DNA of 64,000 bases from Epiperipatus broadwayi (lineage: Eukaryota > Animalia > Onychophora), in assembly GCA_028023455.1 (NCBI GenBank), contig JAQFVV010000002.1, positions 13,392,001 to 13,456,000 on the forward strand, read 5' to 3'. Of this stretch, positions 41,703-54,019 are shown one piece after another. The notes beneath the pieces are model-generated. The model ran no database searches and was not told where the DNA came from. It worked only from the letters and a program-made list of their open reading frames with translations. Within the stretch, counting starts at the first letter, position 1; each line of letters begins with the position of its first letter. The translations under genes were made by a program, and so were the position numbers.

Positions 41703-41848
41703 TCACATGACTCCATTCTCTTAAGCTTGTAAAATATAAACAATGAGCATTGCCAATTGCTCAACAAGGTTTGTGATAAATGCTTAGCCAGAGAAAGCAT
41801 TTAAAATATCTCTGTCAGGAAACCCCCCCCCCCCAAACCTCTGACCAT
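41703..41848 (-). mobile_element. Family D solo 3' arm (from 6 nt upstream of the hammerhead cleavage site to the GTCATGTGA terminus)
   Basis: Diverged match to 36353-36492 (tcacatgactccattctcttaagcttgtaa...atctctgtcaggaaaccc...aaacctctgaccat); lies 39 nt into the RAP intron after the 41888 donor. Confidence 0.85.
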
Positions 41849-41887
41849 AAATATTTCAATAAATATTTCAAAATAAAATATATTTAC

Positions 41888-42052
41888 CTTATAATTAAAA
41901 TGTTTAGCTTTTAGCTCTAATTCTTCATGTTCTGGGGGTTTAATATTCATTTTTGATTTACCAGATTTGTTTAATTCTTGAGTAGAAAGAAAAACTTTGT
42001 CTTGATAAAATTTCAGTTTCTTCAATTTATGTTCAAAATGTGATAATTCCTC
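41888..42052 (-). CDS. LRPAP1: RAP/LRPAP1 penultimate coding exon (EELSHFEHKLKKLKFYQ...ELELKAKHFNYK, 55 codons)
   Basis: AG acceptor at 42054-42053, donor AAG|GTAAAT at 41887; 165 nt, phase 0/0; resembles RAP domain 3 EELKHFEAKIEK. Confidence 0.92.
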
Positions 42053-42399
42053 CTATATATAAAAAACATATTCATTAACAAAAAATAATTATATAAATAA
42101 GCTTACATTGTAAAAAATGAAATTTAAATGCATAACTATAATTGCATAACTTCATATAGTTAACCTTTAAATTTAGTAATGACAATCTTTAAGAAAGTCT
42201 ACTATAGAAATGCTAATGCAGTTGAATTATTAAGTGGGTGCATGTGTGTGTGTGTAAAAGTGATACTTAATGGTTGCATGTAGACTTTTAGCACATATAT
42301 TATTATTATTAAAAAAATAGCTTTGATAACTTTTCTTATCTCACTATTGTTTCAATGTTTTGTTGTAATGATGCTTTGCAAAGAATGAAATGAAACATT

Positions 42400-43330
42400 A
42401 AGTATTTATAAAACACGAAGGATAAGAAAACCTGTCAAGAATTTTATCTCTGTATGTGATAATTACAACATAACTACAATTCATACAATAATATTTTAAG
42501 GATTTAGTCAATTTAATAAAAACTTTAGCTATCATTAATACCTGAAAATCATCGCTAGTAAATGAATATTTCCATTTTTGCAACTGCAAAGGAGTAGGTA
42601 TTCACTAATTATGATCACTTTATTTTTTTTTTTTAAGATATATTGAAAACAATACACATTATTTTCTTTTTACACAATAGATTGGTTCCCAAAAATTACA
42701 TGCAAAAGAAATTTGTATAAAAAAAAATACATTGTATATATGGAAAATAAGGAGATTGGTTGTGGATCTAAGAAGTCAATGAAAATAAATAAATAAACCA
42801 TATGAAATATTTTATTAGAATATTATATTTTTTTGTGTATTATCAAATTTTACTTTATACACATTGAACATAAATAAAAAATGAGTTATAGGAACATAAA
42901 TTTCATATGAAAAATAAAAAAAACTTGAAAATAATAACGCTTATGATGAAACACTCATTGGTTTCTCTATACAAGCCATTGAATACTTTAAAGCTCAAAG
43001 CATATCATCACTTCATCTTATAAGTAAAAAAAATTGAAATAAAATTATTAATATATTTTCTAGGAATTTATTACTTTTATTTCACTTTTTTTTTTTAATT
43101 TAACAACTAACACATTCGAAAAGAAAATGTGTAGACCTTGGAACTATACATCTTGCTTGCTCATAAAACAGAAAAGTATCTAAGATTTTATTCCCTGTCA
43201 CTTTCTGACAATAAACATATCCATTTACACATGATTGGTATATCATTGCTATCATTAAAACTTGCAATGTATAACTTAGCATATATTGATTTATTGGAAT
43301 TTTTTAGGAATATATGGACTCATGGAGTTA
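42400..43330 (-). mobile_element. Highly decayed LINE RT fragments (two similar pieces, about 42400-42600 and 43100-43330)
   Basis: Both translate to LQVLMIA..I....DKIL..F, reminiscent of RT domain 3-4; no catalytic motif is intact. Confidence 0.35.
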
Positions 43331-43699
43331 GGCAACCTGATCTTAAAGATGTTTTTCTATTGTAAAAAAAATTAATAACAAAAGAAATAAATAAGATTGT
43401 AATAATTATCATGAAATAGCATTGTTATCCACTATAATAAAGGCACTTTCAAGGATTTTGTTGAATTCCTTCTACCCATAAATGAATGGGTTATCAAACT
43501 CAATATGGTTTTAAGAAATCAAAAGAAACCACAAATATAGTTTTTATTGCTAGGTAAATAAAAGAAATGACAGGGAAACAAAAGTGATTTTACGTATTGA
43601 TTTTATTAATTTGGTCAACCATTTGACTTAATTAATAAAAATGGACATTGCATTGCTTGAAATTAGTAACTTGTCCACCAAAATTTATTTATATTATAT

Positions 43700-44700
43700 A
43701 GCTTCTATATGATGAAATGAGAGGAAGTGTTATCTGAAGCATTTGAAATGAAAACTACAATAAACAAAGATATACACTTGCTCCATCTTTTTGATTTATA
43801 TGAAAGTGATCTTTAGAATTATGTACAGATAGCTTAAAAGTCAGTGATAGAAGAAAGTGAACAGTTTGATAATACAAAACAATTTAAATATCTGGGTAGT
43901 TTTTTTAAATAGAAAGATGAACTTAGATAGTGAGATCTAGCACTGATTCCAATGTGTAGTTGCTGTTTTTAACAACTTAAAAGATAGGCTATTTCAGGGG
44001 TCCCCAACCCTATGCCCAGGGGCGCCATGGCACCCACAGACCATTTTACGTGTGTCCGCTGCTATCTGAACACGATAAAAAATTATTTATCTGATACAAA
44101 TAAATTTAATTTTTGAATTTTTTTTATGAATTATTGTATTATATTGTAATCAAATTGTAGGGCATACTATACCTTTACAGCGTAAAAATATAAACCTCAA
44201 TTATATGTTAAAATTTTATTTTTGAAATAAATATTTTTTTGTACAGTATGTGTATTATTAACAATATCCAACTATAAATTTACATGTGATGTGATGTGAT
44301 GTACTGTGGCTTCTCCTTAAACGAAGTCAAGAATATCTCGGCAATTATGCCCAGATAAAAAATAAATGGTGCCCGCCACCTAGTTGAAAAAATAAATGGT
44401 GCCCGGCTAGGTGGCCGGTATTATGGAATGTGCTCTTAAGTGCAAAAAGGTTGGGGACCCCTGGGCTATTTCATCACAGTGAAATAATTACTGCAAATAA
44501 ATTTGTATATAGAAAAGTTAATTTATCTAATTTATTACATGAAAATGAATTATAGATACTTCCATTTAATGATATTTAGTAAGATCATAAGACCTTCTTA
44601 GTAAGCTTCTGGATGTGATACCATAAAGTCCACTATTGCAAAATCACATCTTTATTGGATTGAATTATGAGAAATAAATAAACAATACAAGACTTCCGAA
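43700..44700 (+). mobile_element. Decayed RTE-like LINE fragment interrupted by a hAT MITE
   Basis: QFKYLGS...LDSEI...VAVFNNLKDR|LF reads across the MITE insertion point. Confidence 0.55.
43995..44463. mobile_element. hAT-family MITE, 469 bp, perfect 15-bp TIRs and 8-bp TSD
   Basis: CAGGGGTCCCCAACC / GGTTGGGGACCCCTG; TSD ggctattt at 43987-43994 and 44464-44471; subterminal repeat aaaaataaatggtgcccg twice. Confidence 0.97.
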
Positions 44701-46012
44701 AAAATATTCATAATGAATTTGAGCATTATTTTCATTAGCAGTTCCGATCCCATTTACATTACAAAGATAACCTCCAAAACATTCTATATGAAGTACAGCA
44801 ATGATTGTTTTCATTAGAAATATATGGCAGAGGCTATAATTAAATACAATGTTGAAATATTTCAAAAAGAAAAGTTTACTGCAAAAGAAATTAAACAATA
44901 GCATCACAAAATATCAAATAAATAGAATAATGAACCAGTGTGCTCTATATATAGATGTATTTGTGGGTCATAGACTGTATAATCATCATAAAAGTCATCA
45001 ATCATGCATTTATTTTTTTGTCTAGAAGTTGGAATAGCTATATTCATTTGTAAATGGATGCTAACGATGATGAGATAGTAGTACTATATCCACATCTCAG
45101 AGTAAGTGCTAGCATTTAGTGTCTGTTGATTATGAAACAGAATCAAATCAAATTTCATTATAGAAAATATTTTAATTTCTTTTCTCTTTTTCCAGAAAAT
45201 AATGTTAATTTTAAAATTATTGCCAGTAGATATATGCAGTTTGACTCTCATTAAGTTCCAGAAATATGATCTGTATCTTATCAATTTTTAATCTTAGTTT
45301 TTATGAAAATCATAAAGCTAAACTTATTATGCAATTAGCAACTGAGACTTGAAAAGTTTGCAAACATCAAAGAGCAAATTTATCCCATTAAATTCTATGT
45401 GATGTCTTAAGTATTAACACATACTGAAACATTTTCACTGTTCTATCTTTTCTGCAATGGTTAATTTTCAGTTTACATGCTTTTTAAGAAGTTCATAAAA
45501 AATAAAAACTTCACATGAAACCAGCTTACATAATGTCTTTCAGGAATAAAATCTATTTATACTATACTGTGTCTACGATCAATTGTAAGTTTGAATAATC
45601 AATAAATGCTAGATGGTAGAGCTTATAAAATCCTAATCTGGTGTTTTCTGATGCATATCCTCAGCATAGATTCTGACTCATGATTTTTATAAATAAGGAA
45701 GTTTGATCTGGATTTACTATAATTTTCACCTAGCAGCCATTTTTTACTTTTTTGTATTATCAAGCTATGAGCTAAAACTCAAAAACATTTTAATGTTCTG
45801 AATTCAAGCCAGAAGGCTTACATAGATAAATAGATTTATATCGATACATTTTAGTATCCTCAGTTTTTTTAAATAAATGTAAAAACTTCTATCCTTTGGC
45901 CAGGGATTAATATAAAACTGAAACTATAATATAATCCCAGTTAACACAATACAAATCTATTTCTGCTAGACTGTGTGCCACCTCAACTCACTATCATACT
46001 TTCTGATTCATG

Positions 46013-46055
46013 TTCTCAGATTAGTTTCAAATTCATGCTCTTTATCAGTGAGGAA
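46013..46055 (-). ncRNA. Decayed family-A-like hammerhead motif
   Basis: Minus strand TTCCTCA-CTGATAA-AGAGCATGAATTT-GAAA-CTAA-TC^TGAGAA: G8A, weak stem II, stem I retained. GGGTCATGTGA also occurs on the plus strand at 46201-46211. Confidence 0.5.
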
Positions 46056-46399
46056 TTTTGGATCTGGATATAATTTTTTCTGAATAGGGAATTTAAATAG
46101 TTCTACTATTTAGCAACTATTTACTATTCAAGCTTACAATAAACAGCAGACTTCAAATAATGGAAATAGATTTTGCTCCTGAAAAGCATTGTGTAAGCTA
46201 GGGTCATGTGATGTTTTTTAGTTTTATGTCATTCTTGGTCAAAGGATAAAGGTTCCTACAAGTTAATCTGAAGACACCAAAATATAGATACTATACTGGT
46301 GTAAAATCTATACAATTTAAGCAAGGCTGTTGGCTTAAATTCAAAATTCTATTGTACTATGAATTTTACCAGTCTAAAATTCAAAAACATTTTTAAAAA

Positions 46400-47170
46400 T
46401 GTTTTCTGGATAAAATGTGCACTAGATTCAAATTCAAAACTCTTTATTAACAAAGTTCATATGCCAAAAGCATTATCATTTAGCATCTATCAGTTATTCA
46501 AACTTAAAATAGATGGCAGATTTGTAACTGAAATAAAATGCAATAACACATATAATTCTGAAAGCAATGGATTCCCAAATGAAAATTCATCTGGGTTGAA
46601 GACACTTGACACCAACCTCATAATTCATTTTCTGGAAATCTTTTCAATAATGTGGTCATAAGTTTGTTTAATAAAATGGAGAATGACATTGATGTTTACC
46701 GTGAAGTTATAAGTTAAAATTAGATTTTACTGTTTCAATGAAATCACCATTTGTTTTGAAATACCAATATCTAATTATTCTAATTTTGGCTTTATAAAAA
46801 GTGAAATACTTCTTCATGAAAAAGCTCCTCTAAGATATTTTGCAAAATTTGATCAAATTATCAAAAATATTACAAAAATTAAATAAAGCTATTTTTTACT
46901 CTGGTGTAGTCAATCTTTCAAGGCCATATTTCTACAAGTAGACATTTATCATCTTCTAATATTGAAAATCATGACTTGTTGCATTGCCAATTTCAGTTTT
47001 CACATACCCTATCTATTAAAGAGGATATAAACAATGTAGAGTTCCAATATCCTTAATAAGTGTGATTGTTTTATGCATCATCCGCTCCTAAAGCTCAATG
47101 AGCTAACTCAACGACCCTAGAAGTATACTTTCCGTGAATAATGAAAGTACCTTCTGTTGTAAACATAATT
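46400..47170 (-). mobile_element. Decayed LINE RT region
   Basis: Minus-strand remnants resembling RT domains (FYKAKIRI, SPF, QML.D..) with many stops and frameshifts. Confidence 0.4.
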
Positions 47171-47989
47171 ATATGATTCGTGTTCAAATGTTTTCATTTT
47201 TAAAACTATCTTACAGATTCAATTATTGCAAGTAATTAATTTTATTGTACCAACAAAAACATTTTCATCAGGTTATTTAATACAATCAGCAAAAAACTGC
47301 CAAGAAAAAAACAATCTTTATGTATGCATTTATTGGAGAATTATATTATTGATTTTATGATAGAAAAGAAATGAAAGCAGTGTGATGTTATGTGTTGAGG
47401 TAAACATTATAAAAAAATATTGAGAAAAAGTAAGTTAAGTAAGGTATTTATTTTTATAAATAGAAAGAATTAATGGAACAAATTCAGAAGATTAATTGCC
47501 ATGATAATATCAACAGAAAAGACAAAGATTAGCATGATGGATCAATGTGCTGCAGATTAAAGTGCAATATCAACAAATTTGATAAGTTGCCCATTAACAC
47601 CAATTCAAATGGAATTCACACAATAATAAATCCAATAGTTACATCATTAAGCATTAGCAATTGAAGAAAGAAATATGGCAGAAGAGGACACTGGTATTCA
47701 TTCTGAGAAGACATTACGTAGTAAATTATAGTTGAATAAAAAATAGCCATATATTTTAGAGGAAAAAGTTTTATTAAACAAGATAACGAAGAATTATGAA
47801 ATAGAAATGAATGAAAAATATATTTTTAGATTATATTAGGGAATGAAGTGTGATACTGGTTTAAATAGGAGGACAGAGACTGTAATAATTAGATTTTGTG
47901 GGATTTTGTTTTAACAAAAAGTATATTTAATTGTCAAAATATTTAAACTACAATTACTAATCTCACAAATAACAAAGTATTAAACTTAC

Positions 47990-48234
47990 CCTAAATGATT
48001 CCAGTTCAGATGTAGAAAAATTAGAATTTTTTGCTTGATTCCATAATTCAATAACTTTAGGTTCAGTAAATTTTTCCACTTTTTGTGGAATTCCATCTTC
48101 TGCATACCCTGAAAGTTTGTGATAACCTTCAGTGAGTTCCTTATGTTTTTCTTTCAATTTCAGATTCATAGTTTTGTAATCATATCCCCCATCATCAATC
48201 ATATTTGTCTCGATCATATTTTTAGTATAGTCAT
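47990..48234 (-). CDS. LRPAP1: RAP/LRPAP1 internal coding exon (DDYTKNMIETN...KFTEPKVIELWNQAKNSNFSTSELESFR)
   Basis: Acceptor tttttaattgcag, donor AGG|GTAAGT; 245 nt, starts in phase 1, ends in phase 0; F.EP(K/R)VI.LW..A..NF...ELE.FR is the RAP domain 3 signature. Confidence 0.95.
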
Positions 48235-49589
48235 CTGCAATTAAAAATAATAACCTCATGACTTTTAAAAATATTTTTGTTGCAATTGTTTTAAAATATA
48301 TTTAATGATACAAACATTGCATAAAATATTAGCCATTAAACTCTTTAGATTCTATTAATGTGGTTGTTTTATTTATTTCAGATAATACTTTTTTTTTTTA
48401 CATTTTGCATTCACTTCTATTTAATGAATATAAAACAAATTTTCAAAGAATCACTTAGAAAAAATACAAGTAGAAATAGTCAACAACTTTTTAGAAAAAA
48501 TTGTACAAAAAAATAAAACTACCAAAATGTAAAAAAAAAACTAAGGAATTTAGTGATCTATTAACAAGAATTCATAATATATATATATTTAAAAATAATA
48601 TAATTGTTTGAAAATTTAATAAATGTCCAAACATTTATTTAAAATCCCATAATTTATAATAGCTATTTATATGTGCACATTAGTTAGATAATTATGTTTA
48701 TATATACTCTTAGGAGGACCCAAACATAATTTGAGATATGTATTTATTATAATTTTTATTGTTCATGTTTTAATTTCTGTTGCAAATCTTCATAATTTAT
48801 ATTTTGGAAATTAATTATAGAAAAATTCAAAATATAATAACCAACAAAAATAACTGAGTTTCATTTTCTAGATCCTATAACTTACTACTTTTTCAAATAC
48901 TGTCACATGTATACATAAATAAATTTTTGAAAAGTGAAAATGAGAAACCATATTGCAGATTCAGTTTCATGTTCTAATCATCAGTCGTATTAGACAAAAT
49001 ATATCATTACTCCACAACTTTAACAGGAACAAATTTCTATATATTGTATATATAAAATAGTTATACTACTAAAATAGGATTTTGTAACCATAGAAATAAC
49101 ATGCCATTATTTTAAAAACTGCCTAAGATAATTATATGATTACCCAGGTTGGAATTATAACTCCATGAAGTCAATTTATATATATTAATATCAAGTGATG
49201 TTTTCCAGGCACTACCTAGAGAAGATATCACAAACAGCATCTTCTAAAAAAGCTTTAATTAAAGGAGACTATTTGGTTCCTCTTTGAAACTTTAAAAAAA
49301 CTAAGCAGACCACCTTCCTAATGTCCATTTCATATGTTCTTATCATTACAGTTATATGATTATTCATATAGTATATGAACACGGATGGGCTGCTCACCAC
49401 CACACATTAGCCAGCACGGTGAGTTTATTGGATTTCTATCTCTGAGTTTAAGATCAAGAAACACTATCATCTTTCTTCTCAGTTCTCATAAGTGAAAAAT
49501 CAATTAAGTTTTCTTAGAGGCAGAATGAATATGTGTGTGAATGACTTTTTTTTCTAATAGATATTTGTAATCATGACAGACAAAACTAA

Positions 49590-52347
49590 ATAAATCATGG
49601 CCTTTATTCCCAGGAGACTCAAAAGTTATCAGCTAAGGTAGTACGGATGGTGGCCGAATGCAGAAAGTGCTAATAATCTCCCTATTGCAGATCCAAGCTG
49701 CCAAAATTGCAGATCACTCTCAGGTGAAGGAAGAATGGAAGATTTGGAAGAAAAACTGTCTAATATTAAATGGGACATAATTGGAATTTTGTGAAATTGT
49801 GAAAAGGTGAAGAGAGTTGATTTAAAAAAGTGGACAGTCCTGTATTACAAAGATATAAACATTGGAAGTACAAGTGGAGTCAGATTCATTATAACTAAAA
49901 ATTGGAAAAACAAAATTATGGAGATCAATAGTTTATCAGACACTCCGAATGGCAAGAATTAGTTATTCTACTTAATGGTATATACCAAATGCAGAGAATT
50001 CAGGTTTATACCCAACTAATTCTTATTGTGATAAAGAAACAGAGAATTTTTATAGGGATGTACAAAAGGCCTTTAATCTGGCCAAACTACAGTCTTGGGA
50101 GAATTTAGTGCAATAAGTAAATTTGATTATGGTGATAGAAATCAGAGAGAACATAGACTTGTGGAGTTTATAGAAAAAGAAAAACTTTATATATGAATTC
50201 TTTTCTTGAGAAAAATGCTACACTGAAATGGACAAGGAAGCATCCAAATAAATATATAGCAGAATTGGATCATATTTTGACTAATAGAAACTATGTATTT
50301 CAAGATTATAATGTTCATAATAAATTCAACACAGAAAATGATCATCAATTAGTTAGATGTAAGATAGGTGCTAATTCAACACTAGAGAGACAAAAATTAT
50401 TTAAAAAATAGTATCCACAGTTGATATTGCAAATTTTCAGAAACATTCCAATAAATTTAAATTAGAACTTGAAAATCGTTTTCAAATATTAATGGACTGA
50501 TCTGAATAAAACCAATAGAAAGAGAAATGACATACTTTTAAAAACTTCAACAAAGGCAGATAATACAAAAAAGTAGTAATTGATCAGTAAAATATTTATT
50601 AAGACAAAGCAATTTATGAAAAAAAAAAACTATATAAAAATGGTGCATTAAGAAGGATAAAATACCTAAAATTTTGTAAAATGGTGCGAAAAAGAGTTGA
50701 TAATGATATAAAAATGTATAATTGTGAATTAACAAGAAAAGTTATAGAAGAGAATAAAAGTCTCAAGAGTGTAAAACAACATCTTAGTATTGGTATGAAA
50801 CCTAAGGGTGTAAAACAACATCTTAGTATAGGTATGAAACCTTCTGTAGTAAGCAAAAAAGATTGAACTATTTCTGAAAAGAGAGATGATATCATGAAAT
50901 GTGTAAAAAAAGTACTTCCTCATTATATCTTCTGAATTGCTCAGGATTTCAAATGAAGAAGTGAGAAATGCAATTAAATCTATGAAGAAAAATCTCCAGG
51001 CGATGATGGAATTATAATTGATATCTGAAAAAAAGCAGGTGAATAATAGAATGATTTTTGCCAAAGTTATATATCAAATGTCTAAATGAGAAAGATGTAT
51101 TAATATTAATATTTAAAAAAGATGATAAAGAAATTACAAAGATCTATCAGTCTTTTATCAGTCCTATACAAATTTTTTACCAAGAAAATTATAACTCATC
51201 TATAGCAGACTTTGGATTTTAACCAACCAAAAGAACAAGCTGAATTTAAAAATGGTTTTAGTATAATGGATCTTTACCAAATACTGAGAGAATTGCCATT
51301 ATGCTTTGGATTTGTAGATTATAAAAAGATATTTGATTCTGTAAACATTTCTTCAGTGATTAAAACATTGGATAAGCAAGATATAGATCCAAGATAGTCA
51401 TATTCTGAAAAATAATTATAAAAATGCAACAGTAATAATTAGATTACATGGTGATATTAGGAAGATTAACAGAGAAAAAAGTGTATGACAGGGTAACTCC
51501 ATATCTTCAACTTTTTACAGCCGTTTCACAAAAAGCATTTTGTGGATTAAAATGGGAAGCTAAGGGAGTAAAATTAAATGGAGATTATTTAAGTCATTTA
51601 GATTTTGCAGATAATGTAAAGGTTTTTGCAAATAATACTTTAGAGTTTCAGGAAATGTTGTGTTGCAAGAGTTATAAGATGAAAGTAAAAAAGTAGGATT
51701 AGAGGTGATTAAAAAGACTAAAATAATGTTCAATGGATTTTAAAATAAATAAATAAATAAAATAAAGTGATGAGTTAGAAGAAGTTTACAACTACAGATG
51801 GAAACATAATAGATAAAATTATTCATAGTATTAAACTTGGATGGAGTGCTTTTGGTAGAAATAACTTAATATTAAAAGAAAATATGCCTGTTTGAAAAGG
51901 AAGGTGTTTAGTAAATGTGTTTTACTTTACCAGTTCTTACTTATGGATCTGAGTCTTGGACTCTTAGCAGAAGAGCAATACAAAAGCTTCAGATCACTTT
52001 ACAAAATATGAAGAGATGGATGTCAGGAATAACAAAAAGAGATCGAAAATAAAATACATAGGTGAGAAAACAAACATGTATTACTGACATCATTGAATGA
52101 ATTAAGAGACTGGAGTCAGGCTGGACATATTGCTAGAAAAGATGATAATAATGGATAGTTGAAATATTAAATTGAATTTCAAGAAATAGACCTAGAAAGA
52201 GACCACATGTGAGATGAATGGATGAAATAAGAAAGTGTTCTGGGATGATGTGGAGAAAAAAGACTAGAGATTGATAACGATGAAATGAGCTTGGAGAGAC
52301 CTTCATCCTGCCGTGGATTGATAATGGTTGAAAATGATGATGATGAT
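49590..52347 (+). mobile_element. Near-full-length decayed RTE-clade LINE (APE endonuclease + RT), antisense to RAP
   Basis: ELDHILTNR...ENDHQLVRCKI (EN); LCFGFVDYKKIFDSV and YLSHLDFADNVKVFA (RT); (GAT)n tail at about 52333-52347; many stops and frameshifts. Confidence 0.9.
50769..50842 (+). repeat. 39-bp-period in-frame tandem duplication inside the LINE
   Basis: gtgtaaaacaacatcttagtat(t/a)ggtatgaaacct at 50769 and 50808; one mismatch. Confidence 0.9.
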
Positions 52348-54019
52348 ATATATCATTAAAAGCACATTATATATATTACATATTAACATATAACATTACT
52401 ATATCCACTCATCATTTGTCACTTATCACTATTCAATATGACAAAAAAAAAGTTCCCCTTTCTTCTGCTTAACTAACATTGACCATAACACAGTTAAATG
52501 TAATAGCATCTTAATAAGGTAGAGCAAGATTCTAAAATTGAGATGCTAAAATAAATTATGTTAGCGGACTACTACCAATGATAATCAGAGTTTTCATTTA
52601 ATGGAGTATTAATGTTGCGGAATTAACTCAATATGTCTTCAATAAACAGAATTCAACATATATATATATACATGAATATGCAATCCTACTTAATCATAAA
52701 ATGGTAATTGTAAATAAAATAAAAACACAAAATTACCATTAGCTGCACTAGCCAAATTGTTATTAACATAACATTTTACTCATGGTATCACCTATATACA
52801 TATACCTTTTAAAGTGACAATATAGGTCATGAAATATTCTTTGATCAGGGAATATATGAAAAATAAAGTTAGGTACTTAACTGAAGTTATCAGTTTGATG
52901 AAAACTTCATTTAACATATAAGGTAGATTGGTGATATGGCTGGATTTTAGGTAAATTTATCATATTTACACTTGGTCTAAGTTTACTGGTGAAACCATAG
53001 TCAAGTGCTCATTTATCAAACAGTTTGATTAGTACTGTTAATATTAATTGTGCATATATATATATATATATATCAGTGTTTACATTGAGATTTGGATATT
53101 CAGGCACACACATGAATGCTGAATACATGTCCCTTACTTAGATGATTAATGATCTGCTCACTAGATTAAATAGCTTTAATTGATTTAAATGATACTATTT
53201 TTATTTATCTAGTAATATATCTAAAATAGCACACAATATAGGTTTTCATTCTTGGTTTGATATGGCTATCTGCCTCATTTAAATGTTTCATTATACAGAC
53301 TCTAACTAATATGTTAATCATCCTCACTTTGGATACTGTCAAGTTCTTTATTCACTTAAATTATTATAATTTGAATCCTGTTTACATCGAATTAATTTGT
53401 AATTATATCAGAACATTTCAACTTTTTATCATATATTTCTCTTGAGCATCATTAACTACACATAGTTTGAATTTATAAAATACATTTTAATACTTATGAA
53501 ACCAGATCTGTGGCTCATAAGATTATCATTCATATTTTTCTTGCTAGTATAAAGTAATAAATTACCATAATAAATTAATTAATTCTTAATTTATAACCAA
53601 ATATCAATACAATGCACAATTATGAATATGGAATACAATTAATAATTGAACAATCTTTAAATATTCTCCATATAAATTTCTAATAGATGCTTATATTTTA
53701 TATAACCTTCTGACTTCATTACAATACCAACTCATGAATGGTTATCTCCAATGAATTTTACACTGACAATTTAATATTAAGTTTCAAAGCTTATACTTTG
53801 TTATTTTGTTTGATATATGGATTTCATTAATGGATATACTGTCAATGTGTATGCAGAATAATTCTTTAATCATTTATTTTATTGGTTTTATCATTATTTC
53901 ATATCATCATCATCATCATTGACTACTGAATAGTACAATTTGCAATAGTATAATTTCAAATAAAATAAATAAATATCATACATACAGCAGCCATTAGTAA
54001 TGAGTATGGCAATTCCAAT

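Noticed and set aside
49590-49720. HDV-like ribozyme at the RTE 5' end (also considered 6500-6600 and 34560-34780)
   Set aside because: Could not build the nested P1/P2/P3/P1.1 pairings by eye.
50769-50842. Tandem repeat as CRISPR-like array
   Set aside because: Two adjacent copies without spacers inside a eukaryotic LINE.
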